64,000 bases of DNA from a phage, in sequence record PX915676.1. One strand, given 5' to 3'. Each line of letters opens with the position of its first letter. The stretch's first letter is position 1. A program made the translations under genes and the position numbers. Under the pieces are notes generated by a model. It worked only from the letters and a program-made list of their open reading frames with translations. It was not told the origin of the DNA and did no database searches. This document shows positions 56,133 to 64,000 of this stretch, piece by piece.

Positions 56133-56885
56133 TTATACACGAGAAGTACGAATACCATAAATATCAGGCAAGCTGCTCTGAAGTCGAGTCATGTTATTCG
56201 GAATTGCGATAGGTGAACCTGAGTACTCTTGTTTCTTATTCTGCTCTACTATTTCATCAAGGATAGCTTTTCCTAATGCTGACCATTTCTGAACTCCATT
56301 ATCATCTTGAACAAACAGACAAGCATGACGTAGGGTGAAATACAGAAGAAGCTCTGGTGCGATAGTAAGAATAGCACTCGTATCTGTATCTTCGTGGAAT
56401 TCCGGTGGGTCTGCATAATAACTAAGAATTACTGAGTTTTCTGCTGGAATCAAAGGACTTCCATCATCAGGGTAAACAGGAGTATCTGCTTCAATACTAG
56501 GGTAGAAAATAAAACGACTCCCGAAACGAGCAAAGTTAACAGGCTGGTTGTTCCAGTGAGATGGGTTAACTGTTCCATGCTGTCTACGATAGCTAATCTC
56601 TTCAGGAGATGTTACTTGGAAGATTGTACCATCTTTGGCTCTCATCATCCACTGAGCTTCTAAGTAATCAGGAGGAATATAAGCCACTCCATCTTTGATA
56701 TCTAAATAGACTTCTTTTTCCAGAGGAGGAATACGTAAGTTACGATAAATCTCTTTCTCTGCAAAGTTAATAAAGTTTGGAATTTGATTAACAAATTCGT
56801 CATCGTCCCTATCTGCCCAGAGGGCCACGGCCTTCTTTAGCCACCCATAGGTATTGATGGGGTATTGAACATCTGGCATTGCCAT
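56133..56885 (-). CDS. virion structural protein
   Basis: 250 aa; AAGGAGG SD; preceded by promoter-like motif. Confidence 0.45.
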   Translation of the reverse strand: MAMPDVQYPINTYGWLKKAVALWADRDDDEFVNQIPNFINFAEKEIYRNLRIPPLEKEVYLDIKDGVAYIPPDYLEAQWMMRAKDGTIFQVTSPEEISYRRQHGTVNPSHWNNQPVNFARFGSRFIFYPSIEADTPVYPDDGSPLIPAENSVILSYYADPPEFHEDTDTSAILTIAPELLLYFTLRHACLFVQDDNGVQKWSALGKAILDEIVEQNKKQEYSGSPIAIPNNMTRLQSSLPDIYGIRTSRV

Positions 56886-56918
56886 AGGTTGTCCTCCTTG
56901 TTATATGTAGACAAAGAA

Positions 56919-56927
56919 TATACATTA
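56919..56927 (-). promoter_or_regulatory. TAATGTATA promoter-like motif (minus strand)
   Basis: Minus-strand TAATGTATA 34 nt upstream of ATG 56885, just downstream of a terminator. Confidence 0.4.
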
Positions 56928-56950
56928 CACACTAGCTTGTATAGGTCTTA

Positions 56951-56978
56951 AAACAAGAAAAGCCACCCGAAGGCGGCT
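56951..56978 (-). terminator. rho-independent terminator (minus strand)
   Basis: Minus-strand AGCCGCC-TTCG-GGTGGCT then TTTTCTTGTTTT. Confidence 0.55.
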
Positions 56979-56984
56979 TTATTC

Positions 56985-58259
56985 TTATGCACCAGATTTA
57001 ACAATATAAGTACGGAATATCGTAGAAGCTGGGTCAGTTCTCATTGTTACTTTAGTATCTTCACTGGTAATAGGAGCTGACAGTGTGATTGTCAATACCT
57101 GACCAGAAAGAGACAATTCCATCAAACCTGCATCAGTACCTTCTACATCATACATCAGTTTGCCGGTAAGAGCACCCTGAGGTACACCATCAAACCGAAC
57201 AACACCCGGTTGAGCCGAGTCAGTGATCGTGATAGTATCAGTAGCAAGTGGGTTTTCTGGAGCGCCTACAACAGTTGTGTTAGTTACCTGTGATGCAACT
57301 AATCCCATCAGTTTAGGAGTCGCAGTAAAACTGCACGTTGCTTGAACAGAAGGTATAGTTTTATGAACAGCTTTAACTGAAATCATTTCATCACCCGGAT
57401 CAAGAGCAAGTGTCACATCACCATCAGCTGGGTCAATAGTACCTGCTTCTGCTGGAGTAATTGTGACAGTGTAATCACTAGGAGAGGAATTACCAAAGAG
57501 GAACATAACACCGAAGTTTAACAGAGAACCACCAACCTGAGGTGGTAGCTCACTAGCCCTAATGTCAGGCTTAGGAACCACACCATTAACGTTAGCTGTT
57601 GCTGTAACAGAAGTTTGAACCTTATGAGTTGCTTTAACTGCATAATCACCGCTCGCGTTGTTAGTCAGAGTGAGCAGTCCAGTGTTAACGTCTATAGAGG
57701 CGTTAGTGTTAGGGGTTACGACATAACTAAACTCAGAAGCTGGTTTGTTACTAGTGAACATTTCAGCAAATGTTACCGTATCTTCTCCCATTTTACCAGT
57801 AACTGTTTTACCAGTAACGGTAGCTTTAGCAGTAACTCCCGTAAAGGTTACAGTGGCCTCTACACCAAGCTGAGTTTTGTGAGTAGCTTTAACAGTTACT
57901 GTCCCAGATGCGTTATTACTTAGAGTCAATACACCCGCTGTACTTACAGATCCTGCTGAAGTTGGGGAAACAACAAAAGAATAATCTTCTGCTACTGAGT
58001 TAGTTGCTGTAAACATTGTAGTGAAAGCTGTGGTGCTGCCACCCACTTTCCCTGTGATATTAGCTTTAGCTTCAATAGTGGCTGGCTCAAAAACAGACTG
58101 AACTGTAGCTGTCCCTGTCTTACCACCTTTAGTAGCCGTAATAGTTGCTGGGGTTTCTTGCGACGCACTCGGTGCAGTATACAACCCAGAAACAGAAACA
58201 GCCCCACCGCCTTCAACGGACCAGTTAAATCCAGTTGTGCTAGTGGAGCCATCACTCAT
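56985..58259 (-). CDS. virion protein with repeated Ig-like beta-rich segments (possible capsid decoration protein)
   Basis: 424 aa, Thr/Val/Ser/Gly-rich repeated segments; directly downstream of capsid gene. Confidence 0.4.
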   Translation of the reverse strand: MSDGSTSTTGFNWSVEGGGAVSVSGLYTAPSASQETPATITATKGGKTGTATVQSVFEPATIEAKANITGKVGGSTTAFTTMFTATNSVAEDYSFVVSPTSAGSVSTAGVLTLSNNASGTVTVKATHKTQLGVEATVTFTGVTAKATVTGKTVTGKMGEDTVTFAEMFTSNKPASEFSYVVTPNTNASIDVNTGLLTLTNNASGDYAVKATHKVQTSVTATANVNGVVPKPDIRASELPPQVGGSLLNFGVMFLFGNSSPSDYTVTITPAEAGTIDPADGDVTLALDPGDEMISVKAVHKTIPSVQATCSFTATPKLMGLVASQVTNTTVVGAPENPLATDTITITDSAQPGVVRFDGVPQGALTGKLMYDVEGTDAGLMELSLSGQVLTITLSAPITSEDTKVTMRTDPASTIFRTYIVKSGA

Positions 58260-58342
58260 CTCTGCTGTAGCTGTAAACTGCTGAGTAGCCCCCGTCAGAA
58301 GACTTGCAACTGACGAAGGACTAACAGTTACGGTATCTACTG

Positions 58343-59404
58343 TTACGCCGCCGCTACCTTTCCCGCAGCAGTGAACAGAACGCCGGAAGCATACGGGTTG
58401 CGGTGACGCAGACCAACTTCCATTTCAATCATCCACTTCTCGTAAGAACCGTCTTTAGCCAGTTCAGTACGTTTCGGAGCACGCAGAACCATCTGAGTCC
58501 AGTCAGCGCTACGGAAGAAGTAAACTGCATCGGTAGGCATCCAACGGTTAACGATGATTTTGTAGCTCTGGCCCAGCGGGTCAGTGATGCTGTTAACTTC
58601 GTAGATGAACTGCTTGGTGTTCTCAAAGATACGCTTACGTGAACCCTGAGTATTTTCTTGCAGACCAGCGAAGATCTTAGCATGAGCCGGGTTAATCATG
58701 ATGATATCTGCTTCAGAACCAGCGGTATACAGTTGCAGAGTCATATCAAAGATATCAGCTTCGTCGAAACCAATGTTAGTGGTCGGGTTAGAAGCATTCT
58801 GTGCAACTTTAACAGTTACTGCACCAGTATCCGGGTCAGCAGGACCATTCTTGGTCTTGTCAACAACGCCACCAGCCAGACCACCGTGAGCACACAGGAA
58901 CTGGAATGCACCAGTCTTACGAGCTGCATGGGTGTCATTCAGACCAACGACAGCAGGATCAGTTGCAGAGTTAGTCAGGTACTGGTCAGCCAGAACGTCG
59001 GTACGAGCCTGACCGGACAGAAGGATTTTCTCGAGGTCACGCTTGATCTCTTTACCTTTCTTCTCCAGCTGATACATCAGTTCACGACCACGACCGTAGT
59101 TAGCGGTGGTGTTAGCAGTATCAGAAACACGAACAACCTTACGCAGAATCTGAGTAACGTTGGATTTGATAACGGTCGGTTTCATTTCACCGTCTTCAGC
59201 ACGAGAGCCTTCGACGTGTGCGTTATTACCGTCAACGCTTGCCAGTGCATCGGTCTGCCAGCTAAAGATAGTCTGGTTGATAGACTCTTTACCGGTCATA
59301 GATACGAATGGGGTATCCTGAGGGGACAGAACAGAAATCCAGTTAGCAAAAGAAAGTTTTTTACCATTCTGGTCATACGATACAAATAAAGTTGGATTAG
59401 CCAT
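58343..59404 (-). CDS. major capsid protein (by position and size)
   Basis: 353 aa; TAGGAG SD; lies between acidic scaffold-like gene and a terminator-bounded unit. Confidence 0.55.
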   Translation of the reverse strand: MANPTLFVSYDQNGKKLSFANWISVLSPQDTPFVSMTGKESINQTIFSWQTDALASVDGNNAHVEGSRAEDGEMKPTVIKSNVTQILRKVVRVSDTANTTANYGRGRELMYQLEKKGKEIKRDLEKILLSGQARTDVLADQYLTNSATDPAVVGLNDTHAARKTGAFQFLCAHGGLAGGVVDKTKNGPADPDTGAVTVKVAQNASNPTTNIGFDEADIFDMTLQLYTAGSEADIIMINPAHAKIFAGLQENTQGSRKRIFENTKQFIYEVNSITDPLGQSYKIIVNRWMPTDAVYFFRSADWTQMVLRAPKRTELAKDGSYEKWMIEMEVGLRHRNPYASGVLFTAAGKVAAA

Positions 59405-59444
59405 GTTATGTTAGCTCCTATACTATTAATAATTAATTTGTCGA

Positions 59445-60521
59445 TTAATCTACGAGGAATTTGAATGCGTCTTCGTGACTAACGCGACCCTCTGCGAATG
59501 CCTTGGCAACCTTAGCGTTGTCGGGCTTATTGGAAGTGCGAGACTTTGCAGCATCAGACTTCACAACCTTGCGTGGAGCACCGGGACGTTTAATCTTAGC
59601 CATCACCTGTTGCTTACCTTTATCAAATTGGTATGCTTTATGGAGAGCTAGGAAAATAGACGGACGGTTTTCCTTCAATACTTCTTCTTCAGTAGCACCT
59701 AAGTCAATTGCGTATTGCATTAAGTTTTGATATAAGTTTTCATCCCAATTTGGAATCTCACGTTTCAGAATATTAACACATTCAATGCTCTTGGCTTGGA
59801 AAGCTTCCTGCTCTTTAGCTGCTGCTTCCTGCTTAACACGCATCTGAGCCTGTTCAAGCTGTTGACGGCGAGCTGTGTACTTCTCTAGGAAACGTTTGTT
59901 TTCAACATACGCTTGAGGATCTTCTACTGCAAGCTTGTCCCAATCAAAACCGTTATAATCTTCAATTACTCGGTCTGCTTCTAAAGACGCTAGTTCTAAT
60001 ACATCCTTCAAACCTACTACACGTTCCTCAAATGCTTCCATATGACGCTGAAGAGTTGATTCTCGTTCTGTCATATCAGCACCAGTAAGATAGCCATTAG
60101 AAAGTTCTTCAATAGTCATCTCACGTCCATCAGGAAGGGTGATAACGGTTTCGTAGTCTACATCAAAGACTTCACCTTCACCGTCAGCAGAATCATCTTC
60201 ATATTCTGCATCGCTTGAATCTTCTTCCTCTTGTTCTTCTGCTTCAGAGGATTCATCTTCATCTTCTTCGACTTCGCCTTCCTCTTCATGATCTTCCCAA
60301 CCATCTTCATCTTCGAACTTAAGCTCATCGCTTTCACCGAGAAGGTCGGTATCAAAGTCGAAATCGTCACCGTCTTTTTCCGGGAACTCATCGTCAATGT
60401 CCACTTCTGGTTCTTGTTCAGATTCTAATCGACCGAGTTCTTCTTTGAAAGAACCTTTCAGGTCATCCAGTTGGAGGAAAGATTTAAAATCGTTCGGGTC
60501 AATATAATTATCTTGTGGCAT
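59445..60521 (-). CDS. scaffolding protein (acidic)
   Basis: 358 aa with long Asp/Glu run (EEEGEVEEDEDESSEAEEQEEEDSSDAEYEDD) and helical C-terminal half. Confidence 0.5.
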   Translation of the reverse strand: MPQDNYIDPNDFKSFLQLDDLKGSFKEELGRLESEQEPEVDIDDEFPEKDGDDFDFDTDLLGESDELKFEDEDGWEDHEEEGEVEEDEDESSEAEEQEEEDSSDAEYEDDSADGEGEVFDVDYETVITLPDGREMTIEELSNGYLTGADMTERESTLQRHMEAFEERVVGLKDVLELASLEADRVIEDYNGFDWDKLAVEDPQAYVENKRFLEKYTARRQQLEQAQMRVKQEAAAKEQEAFQAKSIECVNILKREIPNWDENLYQNLMQYAIDLGATEEEVLKENRPSIFLALHKAYQFDKGKQQVMAKIKRPGAPRKVVKSDAAKSRTSNKPDNAKVAKAFAEGRVSHEDAFKFLVD

Positions 60522-60757
60522 TATGAAACATCTCCTGCACTATTGATAGCAGCTTTTATGACCTCTTTTAAGCTACCAACCATTTTATACTTTTGATAAC
60601 AATCTTCGCGTTTCTTATTCTCATGAGGTTCTGTTTGAACTATCTCTGTCATGAGTCTTTCTTTCAATGCCTCTAATGCTGCGTCAAGACTGCCGTTAAG
60701 GTTGAGAGCCGCCAAAGCGGCGGCGTGCTCTTTATTAAATTGATGTCTAATGTTCAT
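60521..60757 (-). CDS. small hypothetical protein
   Basis: 78 aa between portal and scaffold genes. Confidence 0.35.
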   Translation of the reverse strand: MNIRHQFNKEHAAALAALNLNGSLDAALEALKERLMTEIVQTEPHENKKREDCYQKYKMVGSLKEVIKAAINSAGDVS

Positions 60758-60766
60758 TCGACGTCC

Positions 60767-63010
60767 TTAGTTTTTACTTCCAAGACGTTTGCCTGGAATC
60801 CGTGAATCTTTGAGAGAAGCTTGTTGCTCTTTCTTAGTTACATTAGCTTCTTTCTTTTGGAGTTCCAAAGTTTTATCCTGAACACGAGCTTGCTGAACAA
60901 TCTTCTCTTGGTCTACCTGATGAGACATAACCATCTGCAATTCTTTCAGTATAGATTCATACTGACGGACCTGCTGTTGCATAAGAGCTAACTTGTGCTT
61001 AGCTTGTTCCAGAGTAGCATTGTTATCTTCTTTACGGTTTTCCAGAGTCATTGCATCTGCTGCATTTTCTTGCTTGAATTGCAACTCTTCCTGACGTAGA
61101 CTTAATTCATCCGCAGCTTTCTGCTGTTCGAATGTAGTACGTTCACGTTGGTCGAATGCATCAGCAATCATCTTCTGAGAAGAAGCCTGTACGTTCTCAA
61201 CCTGTGCTTTAGTCATCTCGAGCTGGAGGATTTCCATCGGAGAAGGTTCTGGAGGCTGATACTGTTCCAGAGGCAGAAGGTATTTATGTGTATCTTTAAT
61301 ACCCATCAACTCAAAGATCTGTGCAGTCATGTAACGATCTTGCTCCAAACCAAAGAGAGGCGCTAACTGTGCATCTGCTGCAATCAGCTGTTTCAAGCTA
61401 ATCAGTTTCTGTGCACGTTCTGCTTTCTCATTAGGAGAGATAGCTACAACAACTTGGAGGTTGTGACGAGCTGGTAATTGTTTTGGGTTTACCTGAATCA
61501 TACCACGAGGGGTTTGTACCTCGATAGGAACTTCACCATTTTCTCTGATAAGGTTGTAAATACCACGCATCAATTCAACCATACCATTGTGAGCAATGTT
61601 ACGACATACCATACGGAGGCGGTTCTGTGCAGCATTCATCATCAAGCCGACGGTTGCATAAGCGTTATCATTCTTAAACACATCAGGGTTGATGCCCATG
61701 CCTAGTTTGGTTACACCTGTACGTGTCTCTTTAAGCTCCTCAGACATGCCTAGGAGGCCGTCAATACCTTGAGGTAGGTTATGGTATGGGAACAGGTCAA
61801 TAGCGTCCTGACGTTCCATTTCAACCACTCCACCGGGACGGTTATCAAGCAGAGAGCGACGATCGTATGCACCAACAAGAGCTTTGTATCGACCATAGTT
61901 AGCATTGTTGACGTTATCAATATAACCACGAACTAACGCGGTACGTAAATCCTGAATATCTTTCGTAATGTCATAAACTGATTGACCATAGAAGGAACCC
62001 GGAATCGGATACGGACAGAAGGTTACAAACGGAATGTGAGTTACTTCTTCAGTGTGAAGGATATGCTCACCAGCTTGAATAACCTGATAGAGTTTAGACT
62101 CTTTATTCTTATCTAGAACACCAGTACGAATGTAGTGCTCGTAAACCCAAACCATAGAAGCAATATCTTCGGTATCTGTACCAATATCAGCATCAATATC
62201 CTGACGCCAGTCAGTACGAGACCAAGCAACTGTAGATTGAGTAGTATCCATCGTGTCTGTCCAGTCGTTGAATGCTTCAATCTCGTCTTTAGGGAAGCCC
62301 ATAGCAACCAGATCTTCTTTAGAACGACGAACACGATGACAGAAGTATTGTGCATCTGCAAAAGAGGTAGCATGTTCGTCAACAAAGATTTGCTCTGAAG
62401 GGACATATTCAACTTTCACACGTTTAACAGTTTGTTCGTAAGTAACTTTAACATCCACTGTACCATCTTCATTTTCTTCAGTGAAGATTTCCAGATTCTT
62501 GAGTCCACCAGCTTCTAATCCCTGAACATATGCAGCCAATGCTTCCGGTGGTACACCTTCAGCTTCTTCAGTTTGAGTAGAAGTTTGTTCATCCCAATAA
62601 TACTTGATAAAAGAGTTACGAGTAACTAGACATTCTTGTGCAGCAGAAGAGATAATATTGTATCCCGGATTATCACGCAGAAGAATTTGGTTAACTAGTT
62701 TAGTTGCTACATCAGCAGCATCAGAATCCTGTTGGTTGTCAGCTACGAAAGTAACTGCTTCATCACCAGAACAGAATACGTTAATAATATCTTGCAATGT
62801 ACCGTTAACAGATTCCCAAACAGTACGATCTACCCAACTAGAGCTGCCAGCAGTTACTGGTGCAGGTAAGTTACCATAGAAATATTCCCAAGCTTCACGA
62901 GCATAGCCCTTAACAGCCATGTCCACGTAACCTTGAGCGTAATTAAAACGACGTTGAAGGTCAACACGTAACTCGTCCAACACCTCTTCACTATATTTTT
63001 GCTTAGCCAT
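60767..63010 (-). CDS. portal protein
   Basis: 747 aa; directly downstream of terminase gene; C-terminal coiled-coil/charged tail. Confidence 0.65.
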   Translation of the reverse strand: MAKQKYSEEVLDELRVDLQRRFNYAQGYVDMAVKGYAREAWEYFYGNLPAPVTAGSSSWVDRTVWESVNGTLQDIINVFCSGDEAVTFVADNQQDSDAADVATKLVNQILLRDNPGYNIISSAAQECLVTRNSFIKYYWDEQTSTQTEEAEGVPPEALAAYVQGLEAGGLKNLEIFTEENEDGTVDVKVTYEQTVKRVKVEYVPSEQIFVDEHATSFADAQYFCHRVRRSKEDLVAMGFPKDEIEAFNDWTDTMDTTQSTVAWSRTDWRQDIDADIGTDTEDIASMVWVYEHYIRTGVLDKNKESKLYQVIQAGEHILHTEEVTHIPFVTFCPYPIPGSFYGQSVYDITKDIQDLRTALVRGYIDNVNNANYGRYKALVGAYDRRSLLDNRPGGVVEMERQDAIDLFPYHNLPQGIDGLLGMSEELKETRTGVTKLGMGINPDVFKNDNAYATVGLMMNAAQNRLRMVCRNIAHNGMVELMRGIYNLIRENGEVPIEVQTPRGMIQVNPKQLPARHNLQVVVAISPNEKAERAQKLISLKQLIAADAQLAPLFGLEQDRYMTAQIFELMGIKDTHKYLLPLEQYQPPEPSPMEILQLEMTKAQVENVQASSQKMIADAFDQRERTTFEQQKAADELSLRQEELQFKQENAADAMTLENRKEDNNATLEQAKHKLALMQQQVRQYESILKELQMVMSHQVDQEKIVQQARVQDKTLELQKKEANVTKKEQQASLKDSRIPGKRLGSKN

Positions 63011-63036
63011 CTATTCTCTCCCTCGGTTGATAGCTT

Positions 63037-63064
63037 AAATAAAAGAAGGGAGGACAAACCTCCC
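63037..63064 (-). terminator. terminator-like hairpin between terminase and portal genes (minus strand)
   Basis: Minus-strand GGGAGG-TTTGT-CCTCCC followed by TTCTTTTATTT. Confidence 0.4.
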
Positions 63065-63071
63065 CCTTACT

Positions 63072-64000
63072 TTAGTAACTCTGATTCCATCTGCTTACGT
63101 TTGCCTCATACAAAGAAGCACTTCCGTAGCTAACGTCATGCTTAGAGCGACCACGATGTGTAACAGAGCACGCTGAATAGCGCATTGCATCCATTAAGTC
63201 ATCATGTTCTTTAATAATCTTACCAACCTTACGGTGATATCTAGCTTTCTCTTCGAATAGCTTAGCGTTAGCGGCTGTGTTAAAGACTTTAAAGCGTCCA
63301 CTCATCATTCTTTCTCGGATATCTGTGATTCCCGGTTCTACAAAGAAGTTCTTTTTACCATCCATTCCAATTTTGTTGTAGAAGGTCTCACTCTGTACGT
63401 TAACTCCTGCATTCTTATAGAATTGAGCAACAGATGAACCACTACCTTTCTCAATATTGTCCGCATCGTGCGGCAGGATGACAGGAATCCACTGACCACG
63501 ACCATTAATAGCTGGAGCATGATACACTGGAGTAAAGCCACCTTCTTTATATGAGTCGTAAACATAGATAGTATCCGTGTTTGCATCGTAAGCTGTCCAA
63601 ACAGCAGCAGTTGGGTGATCAATACCAATATCAATTGCACAGACACGTTTCCACGTATCAGGAATTTCGAATGGTTCACATTTAATTGTGTCATCCGATA
63701 CATCATATATCAAACCACTTCCTAACAATGGCATACCTTTCGAACGCATCTCTAACTGCCACGCTGGAATACCTTCAGTCATATCTTTTATATCTTGGTC
63801 AGTGATATGTCCACCTAGGTCTGCATGAGCATCCCACCAAGAAGCATTCTGGAAATATAGAGAACCTGTGTTCTCATCTCCTTCACCTTTCATAAATTTA
63901 TCTACCAGTTCAGTTAAACCGTTCTCTGGTGTAGCTGTAATTGTAACTAGACCTTTAGTTGTGAGTGTACGTGTGACGCACTGTGCGAATATAGCCATAG
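63072..64000 (-). CDS. terminase large subunit, C-terminal (nuclease) part; 5' end outside window
   Basis: Asp-containing blocks VCAIDIGIDHPTAAVW and IYVYDSY plus C-terminal HDDLMDAMRY; ORF runs to window edge. Confidence 0.7.
   Translation of the reverse strand, partial: MAIFAQCVTRTLTTKGLVTITATPENGLTELVDKFMKGEGDENTGSLYFQNASWWDAHADLGGHITDQDIKDMTEGIPAWQLEMRSKGMPLLGSGLIYDVSDDTIKCEPFEIPDTWKRVCAIDIGIDHPTAAVWTAYDANTDTIYVYDSYKEGGFTPVYHAPAINGRGQWIPVILPHDADNIEKGSGSSVAQFYKNAGVNVQSETFYNKIGMDGKKNFFVEPGITDIRERMMSGRFKVFNTAANAKLFEEKARYHRKVGKIIKEHDDLMDAMRYSACSVTHRGRSKHDVSYGSASLYEANVSRWNQSY

Noticed and set aside
58658-59389. Plus-strand ORFs inside the minus-strand structural block (e.g. 58658-59389, 40453-40938, 36426-36728)
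   Set aside because: Antisense to the capsid and other structural genes, with low-complexity Ser/Leu/Thr-rich translations typical of the reverse strand of coding DNA.

Overview
This window reads as about 64 kb of a lytic tailed-phage genome in two convergent blocks that meet at a bidirectional terminator (35568-35600). The plus-strand block (1-35514) carries early, replication and nucleotide-metabolism genes: a tRNA-Arg(UCU), T7-type primase-helicase, a family A DNA polymerase split into separate exonuclease and polymerase genes, PhoH, thioredoxin, dCTP deaminase, a ThyX-like protein, a Dps-like ferritin, a CCA-adding-type nucleotidyltransferase, a sigma-70-family protein, FEN-like nuclease, HNH endonuclease and a candidate spanin pair. 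The minus-strand block (35604-64000) is the morphogenesis module: partial large terminase, portal, scaffold, capsid, tail fibres, GH24 endolysin, SLT transglycosylase and large internal virion proteins. No integrase, CRISPR array or single-subunit RNA polymerase was seen. Gene content (own sigma factor, single tRNA, podovirus-like module order) is consistent with a phiEco32-like phage, but that is inference only. The most interesting feature is a co-directional enzyme cluster at 4755-14135: two glutamine-synthetase-like amidoligase candidates, a class II glutamine amidotransferase with a non-canonical start, a RimK-like ATP-grasp ligase and a gamma-glutamyl cyclotransferase-like protein, interleaved with unknown ORFs. 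I read it as a candidate peptide/amide-ligation or modification pathway with unknown substrate. All calls rest on motif recognition by eye; no database search was run.
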